From Eledone cirrhosa (taxonomy: Eukaryota): a stretch of DNA of 64,000 bases. The position numbers and the translations under genes were made by a program. Each line of letters starts with the position of its first letter. The stretch's first letter is position 1. The stretch is from positions 147,374,001 through 147,438,000 of the forward strand of contig OZ024743.1 in the NCBI GenBank assembly GCA_964016885.1, in the 5' to 3' direction. Under the pieces are notes generated by a model. It was not told the DNA's origin. It did not search any database and saw only the letters and a program-made list of their open reading frames with translations. Positions 57,044 to 64,000 of this stretch are shown here, one piece after another.

Positions 57044-58993
57044 CCTCTTTCTGCATCTTCTCACGCATCAACTCTGCTTATCTAACACTTTTCCTCTTGC
57101 TTACTAGTTATACTTACCTTATTATCTCTGTCTCTATTCAACTATACACACTATCGTTGTTTTAACAGGTAACTGCGTCTCGCTCAACTGGAATACCCAT
57201 CTTTCTCTTACTTTTCTAACTTTTCATCTCTTCAATATTTCTAATAGTCTCTCTCTCACAATTTTTCTGCCCTATTTATATATCCTTCTAATATTTCGTT
57301 CTTTCATCACACCTTTCTTTCTTCCTTTCTTTGTTTCTTTGCTTCTTTCTTTCTTTTTTCTTTGTTTCTTTGTTTCTTTTTCTCTTACTTTCTTTCTTTC
57401 AAGATATCTCTATCTTCCTTCTCAACCTTGTTTTCTCTCTCTGTCTTACACCCCCACACCAATACTATCCCTCTTTCTCTACATTATTTTCAAATTTTCT
57501 CTAGAGTTTTCTAGCTCATTCTCACTGCCCAGCTCAATCTGAATTCCCTGAGTTTTTTTTTCTTTTGATTTTTCCTCTTCTCTACAATCTCCACACTTTT
57601 TCTGTAAGCACTCTTCCTACCCTTTCTTTCTCACTAAATTTCTTCCTCATAATTTCTTCCTTCTTTCCTCTTTGGCTATCAATCTTTTTTTTTCTTCCTG
57701 GATTTCGTAATTTTTGAAAAAATCTCTTTTTGTTGTTCATTCCATTTGCTTTATTTTCCCAATTTGTTATTATTTTTTGTTTTCAAAACATTTCTTTTCA
57801 AACTATGTATTTTTCTTTCAAACCGCCCTCTTACTACTTGTTTTTACCTTTATCAAACCTTATCCACATTTCATTCCATTTTTATTTGTTTTCTTAGCCT
57901 TACATTTTACCTCCAACTTCTAACCGTCATTGTGAAAATATTATTAGTATTCATCCAACCATAGATAGTCCAATGATATTCTATAATGTCTTAATATAAA
58001 CCGTTTTTGTTATAAACATCATTGATTAGAAACTTGAGATAAGAAAAAGGCAGAGTGGAAAAGGGCATATTTATGAAAAGAGTCGTATATTGTCTGTTTA
58101 TGAAAAGACTGGTCTGTATATATACGTACGTATATAACTATCAATACACCTTCACAGTATATACTGACGTAAATTTATATATACATACAAAAGAAAGTGG
58201 ATCTGCCGTTGGTTACAATGAGTGATTCCAGTTATTTGAATAACTAAACTGTTGTCAGCTTACTGACGTATGATATACTGAGTATAACAAAAATAATTTT
58301 ACTCTATATAAATGGCAAGCAGAAACAGTGTGATACAATGTGCGATAACAATTCATCCGATGTGCTTTCCACTGTTTTCTACTCAATTTCAGTCTCAAGC
58401 CTTGGGTTAATCTGAGCCGATGGAAAAAGATATCCATTCAGAATAGTTCGTGGTGCTGTAAAACGTGGGAACTCATGAACGCGAATCAAAGCTTTTAACC
58501 AATCGGATATACATCTACCCAAAATATACAGATACATGTAGAAACATAGAAACATATGTATATATAGACATAGCAACACACGTAAACCGAATAGCGAATG
58601 CACAGTGATCTTCAGAAAGTTGTTTGTGGCAGTAATAGAAAACAATTATGAACATTTAAAGGGGTCAGCTGTCCTATATCAAAGTGAAAGAAAATATTCT
58701 AAAACAACTGTATCGAATTCAACTGTTATCTCTCCAGATTGTATTTGTACCGATCATTATCGGTGGACTTGATTATGTGACTAAATGTAAAAGTAGTAAC
58801 TTCGGAAATCTGGGGTATTGAAGCAATAAAATCGCCAGCAGTTGGAAAATGTTAATTAAGCAGAGAATAAAGACATAGAAGACATTTATAAAATTGTATA
58901 TGGGGGCCTTTACCGACGATGGGACTTTAAACCTGCACTTTGATTGAAATAATTCAAATTGTAATACTAAAACAAATAACATCACACACACAC

Positions 58994-59049
<56 letters not shown>

Positions 59050-59052
59050 CTT

Positions 59053-59090
<38 letters not shown>

Positions 59091-59630
59091 CTATATATGT
59101 GAGCCTGTGTGTGTATGACGAAATTTCGCTCAGTTTCCTTCGAAGAAATGCCACAACCCAAAGTTTCAGTTAAAGTTACTTACACAAGATTCCTCGCAGT
59201 CGGAACGAGCCAGGAATCACGTCGACAAGGTGAGAACACCAGGGGGAACAGATCTTGTAATGAATGGGCGAACTGTTGTAGCATTAATTCTGAGAGATGT
59301 GAGAGACATAACAGAAGGGATGCACTTGGTGAGGCAATTACATTAGTTGGGCTTGTGTGTGAGGGTGATAAAGCTATCTATTTCACTAGTATAGAAACCA
59401 TTCTAATAGTGATAGACGGGCCATATCATGTCAGAGAATTAGGGATTTTAGTGTGTTGTTTAGTGAACCAATATTGATTAATATGATAAACAAGTCATTT
59501 TCCAGAATACATATTTTTAAGCAAATGATTTCTATTATTATCAATTGGCAGAATCGGTAGATCGTCGGATCAAAAGCTTCACGACATAGAAATATGGCCC
59601 ATTACGTTCTGATTTCAGAGGCTCAAATCC

Positions 59631-62600
59631 AAAAGGCCTTGGGGTGCGTCTGGGCGCGCAAAACCCACACCACACGAAGCAAAATGTACGCCACAGTAGA
59701 TGTACTTTTCGCCACCCCCAAGAGGCGAAGTCTCACGCTTTGGAAACCCTAAAGAGAGAGGAGATATTCTTGGTGCCCTCCTACTGCGGGCAGAAAATTG
59801 TGAGGCTCAAAGTGACACAGGTCCCGTCCGACGTGCACATAGCTTGGCTGGTCGCGTCTGTATTTGCTGGAATCGAGGAGAAAACCACCATACTGCAAAT
59901 ACAGAGAATGGGATGAGAGAACTGGTCAGGAATAGGCATGCAAATGCTAATACAAACTGACCAGGAGTGCATCGAGGCCATCCCAGACATCATAGACCTC
60001 GAGGAAGGACTCCAACTCCCTATAAGCGTGGAAGGAAGCCGCCCAAAGTGCTATCTCTGTGGGCAGAAGGGTAACCTCAGGGCCTTCTTCCCGCAGAAGA
60101 CAGCCAAGAAGAGGGCCCCTCCTTCCGACGCCTGATCCGCTGCTACCAAGAGAAGGGAAGGCAACAGAAGCAGAAAACCCTTCCATGGTGAGTAGGAGGG
60201 AAACGTCCGTGGCACCCATACAAAGGCCACGGACAACTAAAACAGCGGCACCAGTGGCGGCAATACCAACAGTCGTAGTAGCTACACCGGCGGCAAAATC
60301 ACCGGTGCGGGCTCCACTACCATCACCAACAGCAGTGGAGCTCATACCCCTCCTAAACGCCACGGAATCCGACGTGGAGTATGAGGTGGGAGGAGAGTGG
60401 CAAACGGTCTGCCGCAAAAACAGAAAAGAAAAAAACCCTTAGCTTCACCCTCCAAAAGCGAAGGCAAACAAAGAGGTGTAAAGGCTGCAAGGAGACTTGC
60501 AGCAACACCAGCACCACCATCACCATCACCACTACAAGCATCACCACCAACAACAACCATACCACCACCACCAGCATCATCAAAAACACCAACATCGCAA
60601 ACACAACAAAACACACACACCCAACAGCAACAAAATACCCCTCCCCCCAAAAAGTACACAGCCGTAAACATAAGTTGTCCACAATTTAAAATAGACGACT
60701 ACACAGACCACAAATTTGTGATCTGTGAGATCGACATAGACAGACTTCATAGACAAGGACCCAGTTACTGGAAGCTGAACGCGTCTTTCCCGGCGCGCAA
60801 AGCCTACAGAGACCGGATTAACGTCTTAGTTAAGCGGTCGTTGACGGGAGCGGTCGTCAACAACAGGTGGTGGTTTGCCCTAGAGTCGATTAGGTTTAGC
60901 AAAGGACTAGTGATAGAGGAAAAGAGAGTAGAGGGAGAGCTAGTCAGATAGCTAGAAGAGGCGTTTAGGACACGCAACCGACGTGCTTGCAGCGAGATTG
61001 GCACTCGACCAATTCTTCAACGCGAAGGCAGTGTTGCGAAAAGCCAATAACAGCCGGTGAAATACGGAAAGCGATGACAAACTGCACAAGGGGTAAATCG
61101 CCAGGTTTGGATGGTCAGCCCTACGAGCTTTATGCATTTATGCCAGACTTTTTCGGTGACCTCTTGGCAAACGTCTACTGCAACTGGCAGCAGAACGGGA
61201 GCATTCTCAATTTTGTGAGACAGGGAGCGGTGGCGCTGCTGAGAAAAGACCCGAACAAGGGGGACGTTATAGACAACTTCAAGCCCATAACTCTGCTAAA
61301 CGCAGAGTTTAAGATTTTGGCCAATGTTAGCAAAGAGATTGGCGCTTGTCGTCGGTGATCTGGTGGGTGAGTCGCAGACATGCGCCATCCCGGACAGATC
61401 CATCTACGACAACCTCCATCTCATGCGATAGATCATAGAGAGGGTGGTTAAGGAACCTGGCACGGGTGGGGCCCTGATCAACTTGGATCAATCTAAAGTA
61501 TTTGATAGGGCCGACCATCGGTACCTGGCTGCGGTCATCGAGGCGGCCGGCTTCGGGCCCGTTTTTAGGGGCTGGATCGCTGCGATACACAGCGACATCT
61601 GCTCGAATGTGAGGGTGAATGGTCACCTGTCGCAGCCTTTCAGAATCAAGCGCTCGGTCCGCCAGGGTTGCCCCTCTCATCCCTCTTGTACGTACTGGCC
61701 CTAGAACCTTTACTACACTAATTGGAGACGATGAGGGGGGAGGGGGGTCCCAGGCGAACTGGGGTGCGGGAGGTCCGTGTCAACGTACGCCGACGACGTC
61801 ACTGTGGTGGTGTCGAGCACCAAACACGTCCAGATGCTCGGCACCGTTCTCAAGGAATACAAAGCGGTGACAGGAGCAAAGATAAACCAGGAAAAGTCAG
61901 TGGGCTTGCAACTCGGCACCTGGAGAGGCAAGTCCATGCCGTCCGACAGCGTCGTGAGGCGCTGGACGGAAGGACCGGTTAAATTGCTCGGGGTCTGGTT
62001 CGGTTCGGACCTCCAGATGGAGAAGAACTTGAGTGAGGTAACGAGCAGGGTGGCCTCTCTCACCCAGAAATGGGCCGAGAGGAGGCTGTCTCTGTAAGGT
62101 CGGGCGGAGGTGGCGAATGCGTACATAGCGTCCGTCATCTGCTACCGCCTGACATTCGTACCTTGCCCCCGCCCAACTCTGACCAAAATGGAGCGGCTTC
62201 TCTTCCGCTTTTTGTGGAAGGGACGTGCTCCCATGGTCAGACTATCCATTTGCCGTCAACACCCGTTGCGTGAAGAACTAGGCATGCCGTGGCTGATGAT
62301 GCGCAAACATGCGCTGAGGCTGCGACATCTCTGGTGCTTCCTTGACGGTGAACAGGTGTGGTCGCCTTTTGCCAGACACGCAGAGCGAGCCAGTCCGAGA
62401 TGCGCGCAGACCGACGAAACCGTCCTGCACGCACTCGTTCATTGTCCGAGCATTGCTGACTTGTGGATCTATGTCGAACAGTTGCTATCGCGTGTAGGAC
62501 TGATCCGGTTATCGACTGAGTCCATTGTGCAGATGGTCTCACCGTCTTCCTTCGAGGAGGACGGGCAGGCGGTTTTCATCTGCCTGGTGGCAATGGCGAA

Positions 62601-63118
62601 AGAGATTGTGAGGTGGACAAGCTTGAAAGGGTTAAAGACAGATACTTTCCTCTTCGGCGAATCCCTAATTAACTTTTTCAAGTTTCACTTGAAGAGCAAA
62701 ATCAGGGTGGAGATGCATGCTGACTTCTAGCAAGTTTGTTGAAAGGTGGCTGAATGTAGCGAGAATGGTCGGAGTGAACGGAACTGTTCTGAATATACGC
62801 CTGTAGTTAGAGAGATGGAAAAATTGAGAGCGGGCGCTTGCCCTGGTGGTCAGGGTGGCCGTGGTCTTTTGTGTGGTTTTCGCCACAAGTAACCCTCGGA
62901 GGCCCCCTCCCCCTATTGGGTAATTTTTCATTGTTTCAATTTTCATTTTTATTGTTTATATATATATGTTTCTATGTCCTTTTTTTTCTTTTCTTATATA
63001 AATAATAAAAATCTTTACACGCACAAAACCCACATCGTACCGTCCTGTACCGTCCTGTACCGTCCTGTGCCGTCTGTAATGTTTTTCTTGATGTCAGTCC
63101 TTGTGGCCAATAAAGAAA

Positions 63119-63120
<2 letters not shown>
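59631..63120 (+). mobile_element. L1/Tx1-clade LINE, internally deleted and frameshifted
   Basis: ORF1 knuckle CYLCGQKG; DHK..GPSYWKLN; KSPGLDG, PITLLNAEFKILA, LDQSKVFDR, VRQGCP, YADDV; C-terminal RCAQTDETVLHALVHC; ends AATAAAGAAATC(ATT)n. Confidence 0.9.

Positions 63121-63159
<39 letters not shown>
63121..63159. repeat. (ATT)n tract shared by two tail-to-tail LINEs
   Basis: Direct reading. Confidence 0.9.
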
Positions 63160-63160
<1 letters not shown>

Positions 63161-64000
63161 CTTGAATCTCAGTCATTGATGTTAGTTAATTGGAAAGTCC
63201 GTTGGAATGAATATCAAGCCACTACCTGCAGCCTCAGATATTCAGGATGTATCGGAGGGTTCTTGCTGTTCCCAGCAAGCATGCCTTTTGAAGCGTTCCA
63301 AAAAGCGCGAAGGGGCCGATTTTCTTTAACCATCCCTGGAAACTTTTGGAGATAGTCCCCAGTGCGCCTATGACAATCGGGATCACTTTGACTTCATGGC
63401 AGTTCCAAATCCTTTTTACCTCCCACTTTAAGTCCTGGTATCGGTTAATTTTCTCCCTCTCATTCTCTTGCACTCTCGTGTCGAATGGGCAGGCCACATC
63501 CACAATCAGACACTTTTTTCTTTGTCCACAACCACCAGGTCAGGTCTATTGTGTTCCAGTTTCTTGTCTGTCTGTATCCTAAAATCCCACAGCAACTTCA
63601 CCTGATCGTTCTCCAGCACCGCCTCTGGCTTATGCTCATACCATTTCTCAGAATGTGGTAAATTGTTTACTTTGCACAGGTGCCAGTGGTCACCCTGCCC
63701 ATCACATCATGTCTCCAGCCCTTATAGTGGGTCTGGGCTAGGTGTTTACACTCGGATACAATGTGAGCCACAGTCTCTTCTCTCCCTCCACAGATCCTGC
63801 ACAGTGGGCTAGCCTCCTCCTTGTAAATATGGTGTTTCAACCACTTCGTTTTGAGGGCCTGCTCCTGCGCAGCCATTAACATTCCTTCTGTAGCCTTTTT
63901 GAGGTCTCCTCTTCTCAACCAGTTCCATGTCTGTGGATCTCTAAATTCAGTTTTCTCAAAGAAGGTACTATGAAGGGATTTTCCCTGAAGGGTGCTCTTT
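63160..64000 (-). mobile_element. R4/Dong-like RLE LINE 3' part, runs off the window
   Basis: TEGMLMAAQEQAL, CRICGGREETVAHIVSEC, RHD, NRPD...DVACP, EKINRYQDL, IPIVIGALG; ends in (TAA)n. Confidence 0.88.

Noticed and set aside
56646-57165. Poly-S, poly-L and poly-R ORFs
   Set aside because: (TTC)n and (CT)n repeats

Overview
AT-rich, microsatellite-dense eukaryotic DNA with no confidently identifiable host gene. The repeat content suggests a coleoid cephalopod such as Octopus (inference). The window is a retroelement graveyard: about 20 copies of one tRNA-derived SINE family (Meta-type core), Penelope-like elements (PLEs) of a Naiad-type family (near-intact 5'-truncated copy at 44.6-47.3 kb, plus 3 partial copies and several end fragments), a Neptune-type PLE, two L1/Tx1 LINEs, two RTE fragments, two R4/Dong-type RLE LINEs and a CRE-like RLE fragment. 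The main signal is RNA-structural: more than 15 intact or decayed type I hammerhead ribozyme (HHR) motifs from several unrelated families. Several lie in non-coding 430-690 nt units that are integrated beside (TA)n tracts as terminally redundant, permuted and/or inverted copies, which is retrozyme-like (circular or tandem RNA template). The Naiad HHR has a compensatory U3-A8 core. The SINE 3' tail resembles the Tx1 LINE 3' end, and an A-to-G-shifted copy of that tail sits in the Naiad 3' UTR. Almost all ORFs in the supplied track are microsatellite artefacts. All folds and alignments were done by eye, so boundaries are approximate.
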